Source: Flavobacteriales bacterium
GTDB lineage: Bacteria > Bacteroidota > Bacteroidia > Flavobacteriales_F > PHOS-HE28
Direction: 5' to 3'
Length of the DNA stretch: 64,000 bases
Assembly (NCBI GenBank): GCA_041749915.1
Contig: JBGTAJ010000322.1
Location: 7,165 to 71,164, forward strand
Shown here: positions 43,730 through 54,148 of the stretch, piece after piece
How the letters are laid out: the number at the start of each line of letters is the position of its first letter
Position numbering within the stretch: position 1 is the first letter of the stretch
Program-made: the position numbers and the translations under genes
Notes under the pieces: generated by a model
Told to the model about the DNA's origin: nothing
What the model saw: the letters and a program-made list of their open reading frames with translations, nothing else
Databases searched by the model: none

Positions 43730-46700
43730 CAAGAGCCTTACTCGCGGTCCTGGTGTTCCTGAACGTGACCAATGCGGTCGCACAGTTGTCCTACGGCAAC
43801 GAATGGATCGATCATGACCGCCAGTACTGGCGCTTCGAGGTGGTAAAGGACGGGTTGCACCGCATCGACCGGGACGTGCTCATCGCAGCGGGTTTCCCGG
43901 TCAGCTCGATCGACCCCCGCGACCTGATGCTCTACAGCCGGGAGAAGCAGGTGCCCCTCTTCGTTTCCGGGGAAAATGACGGGGTGTTCGATCCGGACGA
44001 CTTCATCGAGTTCCGGGGCTTCCGCAACGATGCCTGGCTCGATGCCAAGATGTTCCCCGCACCGGAGATGCTGGGCAACCCCTACTACAGCTTCGTGAAC
44101 GACACCATCCGCTACTTCCTGACCTGGGACAGCGACCCGCTGGTGGATAAGAAACACATCGTGGCCCAGGCCGAACTCCCCACGGACGCTTACCCGATCG
44201 TTCCCTACTACTGGGGCGAATCCTTCATTTCCCGTGTGGGGCGGTACTTTCTCGGACCCACTGCGAACTTCGGAGGCAGCAGTGGGCTGTATGTGGAAGG
44301 GGAAGGATGGTTCGACAGCAACCCGACCGCCCTGGCCGGTGATTCCGTGGATCGGCAGGTGACGGTGCCCACGCCGCGCAAGTATACCGGTGCCGATGCA
44401 CCCGACGCCACGATCCGGGCCACCGTGGTGGGGGTGGGCAACCCTGGTCGCAACTACAATGCGGATGACCACCATGTGAAGATCGTCTATGGTCCGGCAC
44501 CCGGGATCCAAGGCGTGGATACCATTTACCGGGGTTACAAGGTGATCCACACATCGTTTCCGGCGCCTCTGGCGAACCTCACGGCCAACACCGTCATCCG
44601 GTTCAGGGTGATCCGTGACCTGTTCGATGGTCCCGGACAGGTGGGCTATTTCCAATCAGGCTATACGGACCAGCAGACCATGGCCTTTGGCGCCGTGCGC
44701 TACGTCAAGCAGTTCCACATGAACAACGACACCGCCCAGGCGATGGGGATCCCGGACCTGGACGGGGACGGTTTCCTGCACCTGGATTTCGGCAATTTCA
44801 CCGGCACGCCCGTGATCTATGCCCAAGGCGACACCATGCGGCGCGTGATCCCCACTGCGTCAGGCAACCGGTGGAAGGCGCTGTTGATGGCCGATCCCGA
44901 CTCGGTGCTCACGGATGCGTTCATGTTCGCGCAGGAGAACATTGCACCCATCACTTCATTGAGGCGGGTGAACGGCACCGGCTTCTTCACGGACTTCACG
45001 GCCAACCCCGTGGACTCCGCCATGCTTTTCGTGGCCCACAGCACACTGATGGGAGTGGCCCAGGATTATGCGAACTTCCGGGAGACCAGCCAACGTAACC
45101 GCTACAATACCTTGGTGGTGGATGTGGACGAGCTCTACGACCAGTTCGGGGGCGGGATCCCCAAACATGCCTTCGCCATCCGGCGCTGGGCCAGCTTCCT
45201 CCTGGATTCATGGAACAGTGATCCCCGGGCATTGTTCCTCATCGGCAAGTCGGTGCAGAACGTGAAGGTCAACGCCTCCACCCAAGGCATCCGCCCTGAT
45301 TCTGATGGTGCCTATGCCACCTGCCTGGTCCCCACGTTCGGACATCCGGCCTCCGATGTGGGCTTCACCATCGGTCTGCGCTTCGACCCGCGCAAGGTGG
45401 AGATCCCCGTGGGACGGCTGAGCGTGTACACGCCCGATGAGGTCACCTCCTACATGCAGAAGGTGCAGGCCCTCGAGTCACAGGAGCCCGACGTGTGGAT
45501 GAAGAACATCCTGCATTTCGCGGGCGGCCTTTTACCCGGTGAGGCGGAAGGTTTCGTGAACACGCTCAATACGTTCAAGGCGGTGGCCGTGGACACCTCC
45601 TTCGGTGCGAACGTGGCGACGTTCAAGAAGAACACCTCGGACATCTTCCAACAAGCCTCTGCGGATTCCGTGCGCCAGTACATTGAGGAAGGGGTGACCG
45701 TGATGACCTTCCTGGCCCACGCCTATGCCAGCAGTTTCGATATCACCATTGATGAGCCATCCAATTACCAATGGAACGGGAAGCATCCTTTGGTGATCGG
45801 CAACTCCTGCTACATCGGCAACATCCACCAGAACAACCGCCTCAGCAAGGGCGAGGACTGGGTGCTGGAACCGGCCACGGGCCCCATAGCCTTCCTGGCC
45901 ACCACGGAACTGTCCCTGGCCGGTTTCCTGACCTCGTACACGGATGCGTTCTACCGCAGTTTCTGCCGCCTGAACTACGGTGGCAGCATCGGGGATCACA
46001 TGCAGCACGCCGTGTTCCAATCCATGAGCAACAGCACCGACCTCAACGCGGTGCATACGGCGCACACCTTCACCCTGCAGGGTGATCCCACCATCGTCCT
46101 GAACTCCTTTGATAAACCGGACTACAGTGTGGACGAGGCGGATGTGTACTACGATCCCGATCCGGTGACCGCTGATGCCGATACTTTCCAGGTGAAGGCG
46201 GTGGTGGTCAATAATGCCAAGGCTGTGAACGGTCCGGTGCGCGTGGTGCTGCAGCGGTCGAACCCGTCATTGGGAGCGACGCAGGAATATTTCACCGAGA
46301 TCAACAATGTGTACCTGCGTGATACCGCCTACTTCAGCGTGCCCACCATGGGCAATGCCGGAGGGCAGGGCATCAACGGCATGCAGGTGCGTGTGGACCT
46401 CGATCCGGACGCGATCCCGGAGCTCGATGATACCGGCAACAACTCCACGGTGAGCTCGCTCTTCATCACCTCCGGCGATCTGATCCCGATCTATCCCTAC
46501 GACTTTGCCATCGTGCCCGATCCCGTCCAGCCGCTGAAGGCCAGCACCGGTGACCCCTTTGCGGTGCCCCGCAACTATGTGTTCCAGATCGATACCACGG
46601 ACCTGTTCAACAGCCCGCAACGGGAGGTCGCCACGGTATCGGCTGCCGGCGGGGTGGTGAGCTGGACACCCCAGTCCATTTACAATTTGAACAACCTGCA

Positions 46701-48876
46701 GGACAGCACGGTGTTCTACTGGCGCTGCAGCATCGACAGTGCGGGGAACGGTGGATACAACTGGTACGAGCGTTCGTTCCAATACATCCCGGGCAAGCAT
46801 GGCTGGGGGCAATCGCACTACTTCCAGTTCAAGAACAACAGCTTCTCGAACGTGGTCTACGACAGGCCGCAGCGCGATCTTGATTTCTTCACGGGTCAGC
46901 GCAACATCAGGGCGCAGGTGCATGACAGTGTCTACAGTCCCTACACCGAATGGTCCATCGACCTGGAACCCCAGGACTACAACGGCTGCGGTACTGCGCC
47001 GGGTTGGCACGTGGCCGTGGTGGACCCGGGGTCCTTCGAAGCCTGGGGAACGAGCTACGATGGCGAGAACCCGCAGAACGATTTCGGGAACCTGAACCAG
47101 AACGGTGTATGCGGGACCCGTGTGCGCAAGTTCTTCACCTTCCTCACCAACAGCCCGACCCAACTGGCCGGCATGCGCAACATGCTGGAGAACGCCGTGC
47201 CCAACGGTCACCATGTGCTCTGCTACACGTGGTTGTACCTGGACAAGGATGGTATGGACGTCAACGCACCCGGTTTCGTGGATTTCCTTTCCACGCTGGG
47301 TGCCGACCTCAGCACGGTGCCGGACAGTGTGGCCTACATCTTCTACTATCGCAAGGGTGTTCCGGGCTCCTTCCAACAGGCCATCGCACCACAGGTGTTC
47401 CCGCCCAATGATCCGGGTTACCTGAACCTTTCCGTGTGGGTGGACAGCCCCGCGAACCAAGGGACGATGACCACCATGGAGGCCGGGCCCGCACGGTCAT
47501 GGGGCAAACTGTATTGGAACGATCGTGCGCAGGACGCAGGTGACAGCACGCGGATCCAACTGCGCGGCATTACCACTTCGGGTGCCGAGGTCGATCTGGC
47601 CAACGAATTGACCAATGACCTGTCGCCCATCGATTCGTTGGACCTCAGCCAGCTCATCAGCGCGGAGAACTATCCCAAGCTGCGGATCCGGGGCCATTTC
47701 TTCGATACCGACCAAGCCACAGTTCCGGATCCTTCGCAAATGGTCCGGTGGCAACTGTTGAGCGCGCCGGTCCCGGAATGTGCCATCGATCCGCCATTGG
47801 GCTTCGTCCAGATCCAGGAGGGTCTGTTCGAGGGCCAGGAAGCGCTCGTTGCCGTGGCGGTCCACAACGTGAGCCTGTTCGATATGGACAGCCTGCTGAT
47901 GGGTGCCTGGGTGCTGGATCGCAACAACCAACGCCGCACGGTGCACTACCGCTTGAACGCCCCCCTCGCGGCCGGCGCCACGCTCCTGGATACCATCCGC
48001 TTCTCCACCGATGGCTTCGGCGGGCCCAACACACTGATCATCGAGGCCAACCCCATCGATACCCTCACCGGAGCGTATGACCAGGTGGAGCAGTACCGCT
48101 TCAACAACATCGCCCAGCTCCGCTTCGAGGTGGATGTGGATGAACTGAACCCCATCCTTGACGTCACTTTCGATGGCATGCGCATCCTCGATGGCGACAT
48201 CGTGTCCGCGCGGCCGGAGATCGAGATGGTCCTGGATGACGAGAACACGGTGCTGCTGCATGATTCACCTGCGGATACGGCCCTGTTCAAGGTATACCTG
48301 ACGCGCCCGGGAACCGCCCTGGAACGCGTCTATTTCCGCACGAATGCGGGCGTGGAGAACATGCAGTTTATCCCGGCATCAGGCCCGGACAACGAGGCGC
48401 GCATCCTCTTCCGTCCGGTGTTCACGGTGGATGGCACCTACACCCTGACCGTGCAGGCCAATGACCGCAGCAACAACGTGTCTGGTGACCGCGAGATGAA
48501 GGTCAGCTTCGAGGTCGTCAACCGCCCCACGATCACCGAGGTGCTGAACTACCCGAACCCCTTCACCACCAGCACCCGCTTCGTGTTCACCGTCACAGGC
48601 ACCGAGCCGCCCACGTACATGAAGATCCAGATCATGACCATCACCGGCAAGGTGGTGCGGGAGGTGCGCATGCACGAGCTGGGCCCCCTGCGCGTTGGGC
48701 GCAACATGACGGAGTTCGCGTGGGACGGTACGGATGAGTTCGGTGACCGGCTGGCCCGAGGGGTCTACCTGTACCGCGTGATCGCACAGTTGCACGGGCA
48801 GGACATCGAGCAGCGTGAGACCAATGCCTCCCAATACTTCTCCAAGGGCATCGGTAAAATGTACCTGTTGCGATAG
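43726..48876 (+). CDS. Giant peptidase C25 (gingipain-fold) protein, PorU-like T9SS sortase paralogue (PorU2-like)
   Basis: 1716 aa with a signal peptide. The central region has a candidate His/Cys dyad, FLAHAYAS (His codon 45718-45720) and VIGNSCYIGN (Cys codon 45808-45810), in a C25-like context. The C-terminal Ig-like/CTD-like tail is NYPNPFTTSTRFVF...GVYLYRV. Confidence 0.85.
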   Translation: MTRALLAVLVFLNVTNAVAQLSYGNEWIDHDRQYWRFEVVKDGLHRIDRDVLIAAGFPVSSIDPRDLMLYSREKQVPLFVSGENDGVFDPDDFIEFRGFRNDAWLDAKMFPAPEMLGNPYYSFVNDTIRYFLTWDSDPLVDKKHIVAQAELPTDAYPIVPYYWGESFISRVGRYFLGPTANFGGSSGLYVEGEGWFDSNPTALAGDSVDRQVTVPTPRKYTGADAPDATIRATVVGVGNPGRNYNADDHHVKIVYGPAPGIQGVDTIYRGYKVIHTSFPAPLANLTANTVIRFRVIRDLFDGPGQVGYFQSGYTDQQTMAFGAVRYVKQFHMNNDTAQAMGIPDLDGDGFLHLDFGNFTGTPVIYAQGDTMRRVIPTASGNRWKALLMADPDSVLTDAFMFAQENIAPITSLRRVNGTGFFTDFTANPVDSAMLFVAHSTLMGVAQDYANFRETSQRNRYNTLVVDVDELYDQFGGGIPKHAFAIRRWASFLLDSWNSDPRALFLIGKSVQNVKVNASTQGIRPDSDGAYATCLVPTFGHPASDVGFTIGLRFDPRKVEIPVGRLSVYTPDEVTSYMQKVQALESQEPDVWMKNILHFAGGLLPGEAEGFVNTLNTFKAVAVDTSFGANVATFKKNTSDIFQQASADSVRQYIEEGVTVMTFLAHAYASSFDITIDEPSNYQWNGKHPLVIGNSCYIGNIHQNNRLSKGEDWVLEPATGPIAFLATTELSLAGFLTSYTDAFYRSFCRLNYGGSIGDHMQHAVFQSMSNSTDLNAVHTAHTFTLQGDPTIVLNSFDKPDYSVDEADVYYDPDPVTADADTFQVKAVVVNNAKAVNGPVRVVLQRSNPSLGATQEYFTEINNVYLRDTAYFSVPTMGNAGGQGINGMQVRVDLDPDAIPELDDTGNNSTVSSLFITSGDLIPIYPYDFAIVPDPVQPLKASTGDPFAVPRNYVFQIDTTDLFNSPQREVATVSAAGGVVSWTPQSIYNLNNLQDSTVFYWRCSIDSAGNGGYNWYERSFQYIPGKHGWGQSHYFQFKNNSFSNVVYDRPQRDLDFFTGQRNIRAQVHDSVYSPYTEWSIDLEPQDYNGCGTAPGWHVAVVDPGSFEAWGTSYDGENPQNDFGNLNQNGVCGTRVRKFFTFLTNSPTQLAGMRNMLENAVPNGHHVLCYTWLYLDKDGMDVNAPGFVDFLSTLGADLSTVPDSVAYIFYYRKGVPGSFQQAIAPQVFPPNDPGYLNLSVWVDSPANQGTMTTMEAGPARSWGKLYWNDRAQDAGDSTRIQLRGITTSGAEVDLANELTNDLSPIDSLDLSQLISAENYPKLRIRGHFFDTDQATVPDPSQMVRWQLLSAPVPECAIDPPLGFVQIQEGLFEGQEALVAVAVHNVSLFDMDSLLMGAWVLDRNNQRRTVHYRLNAPLAAGATLLDTIRFSTDGFGGPNTLIIEANPIDTLTGAYDQVEQYRFNNIAQLRFEVDVDELNPILDVTFDGMRILDGDIVSARPEIEMVLDDENTVLLHDSPADTALFKVYLTRPGTALERVYFRTNAGVENMQFIPASGPDNEARILFRPVFTVDGTYTLTVQANDRSNNVSGDREMKVSFEVVNRPTITEVLNYPNPFTTSTRFVFTVTGTEPPTYMKIQIMTITGKVVREVRMHELGPLRVGRNMTEFAWDGTDEFGDRLARGVYLYRVIAQLHGQDIEQRETNASQYFSKGIGKMYLLR

Positions 48877-48890
48877 CCCGGTCTACTTTC

Positions 48891-50597
48891 GTGCCCATGC
48901 CGGGCTCTCCCATCCGTCGGTTCCATGTAGCACTGTGGGCCGCGCTCAGCGGTCTGCTGTGGGCGCTGGCCTGGCCCGGCATCGGAGGGCTCAGCGCAGT
49001 GGCCTTCCTGGCCTGGGTCCCCCTGCTCCGCGCCGAGCAGCTGCACGATGAGCGTACGGCCGGACGAACACGTGCCTTCGTGCCCTACGTGCTGCTCGCG
49101 GTCTTCGTTTGGAATGCGGCCACCTCCTGGTGGTTCTTCCTGGTAAGCGAGCCTGTCTCCACACGCCTGATCAGCGGCCTGTCGCCCATGACGGTGAACG
49201 CCCTGCTCATGTGCGTACCCTGGTTCCTCAAACGCGCGGTGCGTCGCATGGGGGGCGAACGTCTGTCGTTCGTCGCGCTGGTCATCTTCTGGCTTGCATT
49301 GGAACGCATCCACCACGGCTGGGACCTGAAGTGGCCCTGGTTCACCATGGGCAATGTGTTCGCCACCAAGCCCCAATGGGTGCAGTGGTACGAGTACACC
49401 GGCGTTCTGGGTGGCTCGCTGTGGATCTGGCTGGTGAACGTGCTCCTGTTCCGCATATGGCGTGCACGATGCAGGGAACATGCCTGGGCCATGCGCCCCA
49501 TCGTGGCGGTTGGCGCAATGGTGCTGGTACCCATCATACTTTCCATCTGGCGGGCGGAGACCTATGAGGAACAGGGGCCTCCCGTGGAGGTGGTGATCGT
49601 ACAGCCCAACATCGACCCCTACACGCAGAAGTTCGGAGGCATGGATCCCATGGTCCAGCTGGATTCGATGTTGCGTCTGGCCGAAGGGGTGCTTACCCCC
49701 GCCACCCGACTGGTGGTGATGCCCGAGACCGCTTTGCAGGAGGATGCCACCATGGACCTGCGTGGGACGAAGCCGGAACTGCATGGGCTGTGGGAGAACG
49801 ACCTTCAGCGATCACGGAGCGCTCAGCGCATCCGCACATTCCAGGAGACATATCCCAAGGTCGCGGTGCTGGCCGGCATGTCCTCGGCCTATCTCTTCGA
49901 CCCGGGGGCTGAACTACCCGTGAGCGCTCGCCGGGTGCAGGGAACGGACCTGTGGTACGAGGCCTACAACGCGGCCCTGTTCCGGCCGGTGAACGGACCT
50001 CTGGAGCACTACCACAAATCGAAACTGGTGGCCGGGGTGGAAATGATGCCGTTCGAAAGTGTCCTTGGTAAGTTGAGCGCATTGTCCGTGGACCTGGGTG
50101 GAACCAGCGGTTCCTTGGGCCTGCAGGAAGAACGCAGCGTGTTGCGCGATACCACCTCGGGTCTGGCTGTTATTCCGGCCATCTGCTACGAATCGGTGTT
50201 CGGCGAACATGTGGCGGCACACGTGCGGAACGGCGGCAATGTCATCGCCATCATGACCAACGATGGCTGGTGGGGCGACTCCCCCGGCCCCGTTCAGCAC
50301 CTCGGTTTCGCATCCTTGCGGGCGATCGAGACGCGGCGCTCCATCGCCCGTTCGGCCAACACGGGCATCTCCTGCTGGGTGGATCAACGGGGTGTGATCC
50401 ATGACCCCACGGCATGGTGGCAACCCACGGCCATCCGTGCTTCCCTGAGGCTGAATGATGAACGCACCTTTTTCGTGCGGCACGGTGATCTCGTCGGTCG
50501 CTCGGCGATCATCCTGTCCATCCTTCTGTTGCTTGGCATGATGTTCCGCTGGGTGCTGAACAAGCGCTCGCGTTCGGTTACCTCCGATGTACGGTGA
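48891..50597 (+). CDS. lnt: Apolipoprotein N-acyltransferase
   Basis: 568 aa with N-terminal multi-TM segments, then a CN-hydrolase domain (VVIVQPNIDPY, ICYESVFGE, NDGWWG). Confidence 0.9.
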   Translation: MPMPGSPIRRFHVALWAALSGLLWALAWPGIGGLSAVAFLAWVPLLRAEQLHDERTAGRTRAFVPYVLLAVFVWNAATSWWFFLVSEPVSTRLISGLSPMTVNALLMCVPWFLKRAVRRMGGERLSFVALVIFWLALERIHHGWDLKWPWFTMGNVFATKPQWVQWYEYTGVLGGSLWIWLVNVLLFRIWRARCREHAWAMRPIVAVGAMVLVPIILSIWRAETYEEQGPPVEVVIVQPNIDPYTQKFGGMDPMVQLDSMLRLAEGVLTPATRLVVMPETALQEDATMDLRGTKPELHGLWENDLQRSRSAQRIRTFQETYPKVAVLAGMSSAYLFDPGAELPVSARRVQGTDLWYEAYNAALFRPVNGPLEHYHKSKLVAGVEMMPFESVLGKLSALSVDLGGTSGSLGLQEERSVLRDTTSGLAVIPAICYESVFGEHVAAHVRNGGNVIAIMTNDGWWGDSPGPVQHLGFASLRAIETRRSIARSANTGISCWVDQRGVIHDPTAWWQPTAIRASLRLNDERTFFVRHGDLVGRSAIILSILLLLGMMFRWVLNKRSRSVTSDVR

Positions 50598-50657
50598 TCC
50601 CTGCGGTCTGTCGCTGAATTCGTTATCCCTCATGGTCTCCGAGGTCTTCGCGCAACG

Positions 50658-51917
50658 ATGCCAAGGTGCGCTCCGATAACTTGGTCCCCTGTGCGACGGA
50701 CCATTCCCCTCGGTTCCCATGTGCCGCCGATCCCGGCAGTGTTGCGTGAGCATGCTCATTTCCTGTATCGCCGGACCGCCGATCAGGCACGCGCCGTGCT
50801 GGGTATCGGTGCGGTCGCACATGCACCCGCGCCCACGTTCGACGTCCATGGCAAAGCCACGGACTGGTACTTCGGACACCTCTGTTATGAACGGGTCGAC
50901 CCCAATGGTCAGGTCGTGGATAGCAGGGAAGGGCTCCCCAATTCGGACTGGTGGGTGCCCCGGTGGGTGGTGGAATGGGTGAACGGAGAAGCCGTCCTTC
51001 ACGCGAGGGTGGGTGATGAAGAGGCGACGGATGCCCTGATCGCGCGGATCAACGAGCCGGTGGTGGACGATGGCCGTTCCCTGCGTACGCCATGGCAGGT
51101 GCGCACGTCCCGTGAAGAACATCTCGAACGTACCAATGTGCTGATGCAGCACATCCAGCGGGGCGACATCTATGAGGTGAACTATTGCACGGAACGCACT
51201 TCGGATTGGTCCGCCATCGATCCCTTCCTGGCCTTTGTCCGGCTGTTGCGAAGGTCCGATGCCCCCTTCGCCGCCTTCCATCGCCACGGCCAGCACTTCG
51301 CCCTGTGCGCAAGTCCCGAACGCTACCTGGCCATGGACGGCGACCGTGTGGTGGGCGAGCCCATGAAGGGCACGCGCCCGCGTGCGAGCGATCCGGTGGA
51401 TGACGAGCACCTGTGCCAGGAACTGATGTCCGATGCCAAGGAGCGAAGCGAGAACATCATGGCGCTGGATGTGATGCGGCATGACCTGTCTCGCATCGCC
51501 CGGCCGGGCAGTGTGCGCGTGGAAGCCCTGTGTGCCGTTCGGAGCTATCCACGGGTCCATCAACTGGTCAGCACGGTCTCCGCGCTCAGGGCGGATCGGT
51601 TCTCGGCCTTTGATGTGGCGCGCATCGCATTCCCCATGGCCAGCATGACCGGTGCACCCAAGTCCCGGGCCATGGAGCTGATCCAGGAAGCGGAACGTGG
51701 TGGGAGAGGGCTCTTCAGTGGATCGCTGGGCTATTTCACTCCGAACGGACAGGCGGACCTGAACGTGGTGATCCGCGCCGTGCTGTTCAACATGGCCACC
51801 GGACACGCATCCCTGCGCACGGGCAGTGCGCTCACGGCGCGCTGCGTGCCGGCCCTGGAGTGGGAGGAGTGCGAGGTCAAGGCACGTTCGGTCATTGAAG
51901 CCCTGGAACATGCGTGA
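50658..51917 (+). CDS. pabB: Aminodeoxychorismate/anthranilate synthase component I family protein
   Basis: It has chorismate-binding motifs: GDIYEVNYC, PMKGTRPR, ERSENIMALDVMRHDL, SMTGAPK and GSLGYF. Confidence 0.85.
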   Translation: MPRCAPITWSPVRRTIPLGSHVPPIPAVLREHAHFLYRRTADQARAVLGIGAVAHAPAPTFDVHGKATDWYFGHLCYERVDPNGQVVDSREGLPNSDWWVPRWVVEWVNGEAVLHARVGDEEATDALIARINEPVVDDGRSLRTPWQVRTSREEHLERTNVLMQHIQRGDIYEVNYCTERTSDWSAIDPFLAFVRLLRRSDAPFAAFHRHGQHFALCASPERYLAMDGDRVVGEPMKGTRPRASDPVDDEHLCQELMSDAKERSENIMALDVMRHDLSRIARPGSVRVEALCAVRSYPRVHQLVSTVSALRADRFSAFDVARIAFPMASMTGAPKSRAMELIQEAERGGRGLFSGSLGYFTPNGQADLNVVIRAVLFNMATGHASLRTGSALTARCVPALEWEECEVKARSVIEALEHA

Positions 51918-53232
51918 ACGGGTGGCCCGCACCATTGCCCGCCATGCACTGCTGCAACCGGGCGAAGCGCTGTGGGTGGCGGTGAGCGGCGGTGTGGACA
52001 GCATGGTGCTCCTCCACGTGCTGCGCTCATTGGGCCATCCCGTTCAGGTGGTGCATGTGGACCATGGTCTGCGTGGTCCGGAAAGCGATGCCGACCGGGC
52101 CTTGGTGCGGGATCACTGTGCCCAGCACGGCATCCCGTTCCATGTGGAAGCGGTGGATGTGCGCGCGGCCATGGAGCGCATGGGCGGCTCGGTGCAGATG
52201 GCCGCGCGCGCTGAACGGTATACGGTCTTCGAACGCCTCATGAACAGCGGTCCGCACAAGCTGGCCATGGCCCACCACGCGGATGATGTGGTGGAGACCG
52301 CGCTCATGAACCTCCTTCAGGGAATGGGTCAACATGGCTGGAAGAGCATTCCCGTCAAACGCGCCGGTTTCATCCGTCCGCTGATCGATCAGGACCGGGC
52401 CGCCATTGAGCGTTACGCCGCTGAATATGGAATTCCGTTCAGGACAGATGCCAGTAATGTGGACCCGAAGTACCTGCGCGGCCGGGTGCGCAGCACCTTG
52501 CTGCCCATGTTGGAGGAACTGAGGCCCGGTGTCCGTGCTGTGCTCCATCGCAACATGCGCCTCGCCCGCGAGTTGGATGTGCTGGCCCAACAACGTTCGG
52601 CGGAACTGCTGAGCAGCGTTCGGACCGATGAGGATGGAGTGAGACATCTTCCTGCGGAGCTTCTGCTGAAAAGCGGCGCTGCCCACGCCCTGTTGCTGAC
52701 CTTGTTGGAGGGCGAGGGATTCCACCCCGATCGCATCGAGGCCATGGTCACGGCATTGGAGGATGGTCGTGTGGGAAGCAGCTTCCTCGGGAATGATGTG
52801 CTTGTCCACGTGGACCGGAACGAACTGGTCCTCGCCCCGCTGCCGACCGAAGCACCCAGTTGGACCATCACCGATCTCGCTCACCCTCCGCAGGGCCTGC
52901 CCATGGCCATCGATCACGTGGATGCCTGCGACATCGGCGCCGGTCGCGCACCCGCCGACATGGTGGCCTGGTTCGATGCCTCTGCACTCGCGCTTCCGCT
53001 GGAACTCCGTCCGTGGCGACACGGCGATCGTATGCAGCCCGCAGGTAGGGCCGGGACCAAGCTCATCAGCGATGTCCTGATCGATGCCAAGGTGCCCCTC
53101 TACCGGAAACACCGGGTGTATGTGCTCGCCGACCGGGAGCGCATTCTGTGGTGCTGTGGTCTGCGCATGGCCGAGGGTTCCAAGGCCGATCAAGCCACGA
53201 TGCGGGTGGTGCGGTGCACTTGGCAAGGCTGA
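51910..53232 (+). CDS. tilS: tRNA(Ile)-lysidine synthetase
   Basis: Start at MRERVARTIARH (ATG 51910), with an 8-nt overlap with pabB. It has the PP-loop VAVSGGVDSMVLL. Confidence 0.9.
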   Translation: MRERVARTIARHALLQPGEALWVAVSGGVDSMVLLHVLRSLGHPVQVVHVDHGLRGPESDADRALVRDHCAQHGIPFHVEAVDVRAAMERMGGSVQMAARAERYTVFERLMNSGPHKLAMAHHADDVVETALMNLLQGMGQHGWKSIPVKRAGFIRPLIDQDRAAIERYAAEYGIPFRTDASNVDPKYLRGRVRSTLLPMLEELRPGVRAVLHRNMRLARELDVLAQQRSAELLSSVRTDEDGVRHLPAELLLKSGAAHALLLTLLEGEGFHPDRIEAMVTALEDGRVGSSFLGNDVLVHVDRNELVLAPLPTEAPSWTITDLAHPPQGLPMAIDHVDACDIGAGRAPADMVAWFDASALALPLELRPWRHGDRMQPAGRAGTKLISDVLIDAKVPLYRKHRVYVLADRERILWCCGLRMAEGSKADQATMRVVRCTWQG

Positions 53233-53313
53233 GCCGGGAAGTTCCTGTTTCCCGAAAAGTTGGGATCGGTCCAAGCTTGTACTAACTTCAGGTCTCCTCA
53301 ACCCCCCAACGTC

Positions 53314-53604
53314 ATGCTCGACAGTCGCGCAACCCTTATTCCCAAGGAGCATATCCCGGCACTGCGTTTCCCACAGGTACCGGTGGCGATCACCGTGGAC
53401 CAACGACGGGCCATCCTCAGCACCCTGAAGATCGCCACTCGGCTGGGCAACGGCGAGCACGGCAAGTGCCGCATCCTGTTCCAGGATGATGAGGGATTGA
53501 AGGCCGTGGAGACCACCATCTGGACCTACGACCCGGAGAACATCGTGCTGAAATACGGGACCACGATACCCGTTTACAGGGTCGTAAGCATTGACATTCC
53601 TTAA
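53314..53604 (+). CDS. Small conserved-looking hypothetical protein
   Basis: Start at MLDSRATLIP (ATG 53314), 96 aa. I recognise no family. Confidence 0.55.
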   Translation: MLDSRATLIPKEHIPALRFPQVPVAITVDQRRAILSTLKIATRLGNGEHGKCRILFQDDEGLKAVETTIWTYDPENIVLKYGTTIPVYRVVSIDIP

Positions 53605-53672
53605 CATTGACGCGGCCTCATAGGATCGCAAGGATCTTGGCAAGCACTTGGTGAAGGCTATCAGGGGCTGGC

Positions 53673-53680
53673 TAGCTTTG
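53673..53680 (+). promoter_or_regulatory. -7 promoter box upstream of the DsbD-alpha-like gene
   Basis: TAGCTTTG lies 15 nt upstream of the ATG at 53696. Confidence 0.45.
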
Positions 53681-53695
53681 CGACCATTGTATGCC

Positions 53696-54148
53696 ATGAT
53701 CGCCGCACTCATCCTATTTCTTGGGTTGGCCTTGCCCCGACCTTCGACACCTGTCGATTGGAAGTTCAGTGCCATGCTGCGGGCGGATGGAACGGTGGAG
53801 CTCCGCTGTGATGCCCGGCTTGATGAAGGCTGGCATGTGTATGCCACCGAACTACCCAGCTCTGACGGGCCCATCGCGACCTCCATCCGCATCACGCCAT
53901 CCGCATCATATGGCGAGGTGGTCGCGCTTGAGGAGCCCGCACCGAAGGAGGAGTACGACCCGAACTTTGGAATGGTCGTGCGCTACCACGCGGGTACGCC
54001 ACGCTTCGTCGTCCTGTTGAAACCCTCCACCGCCGAGCCCTTCACGGTTAAAGGCGAGGTGGAGTACATGGTCTGTAACGACAAGACCTGCCTGCCACCG
54101 GTCGTAGTACCCTTCGATGTGCCTGTCCAGGCAGAATCCCCGAAATGA
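53696..54148 (+). CDS. Stand-alone DsbD N-terminal (DsbD-alpha-like) domain protein
   Basis: The ATG at 53696 lies 16 nt after a TAGCTTTG box. The sequence ...LDEGWHVYATELPSSDGPIATSI...EVEYMVCNDKTCLPP parallels the N-domain of the downstream DsbD (...QAGWSVYSQ...FEYMTCDDEMCLPP). It overlaps dsbD by ATGA. Confidence 0.75.
   Translation: MIAALILFLGLALPRPSTPVDWKFSAMLRADGTVELRCDARLDEGWHVYATELPSSDGPIATSIRITPSASYGEVVALEEPAPKEEYDPNFGMVVRYHAGTPRFVVLLKPSTAEPFTVKGEVEYMVCNDKTCLPPVVVPFDVPVQAESPK

Noticed and set aside
49914-53895. Two long minus-strand ORFs (696 aa at 49914-52004 and 622 aa at 52027-53895).
   Set aside because: They are antisense to lnt, pabB and tilS, all of which have clear family motifs. 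The translations are Arg/His/Gly-rich with no recognisable domains.
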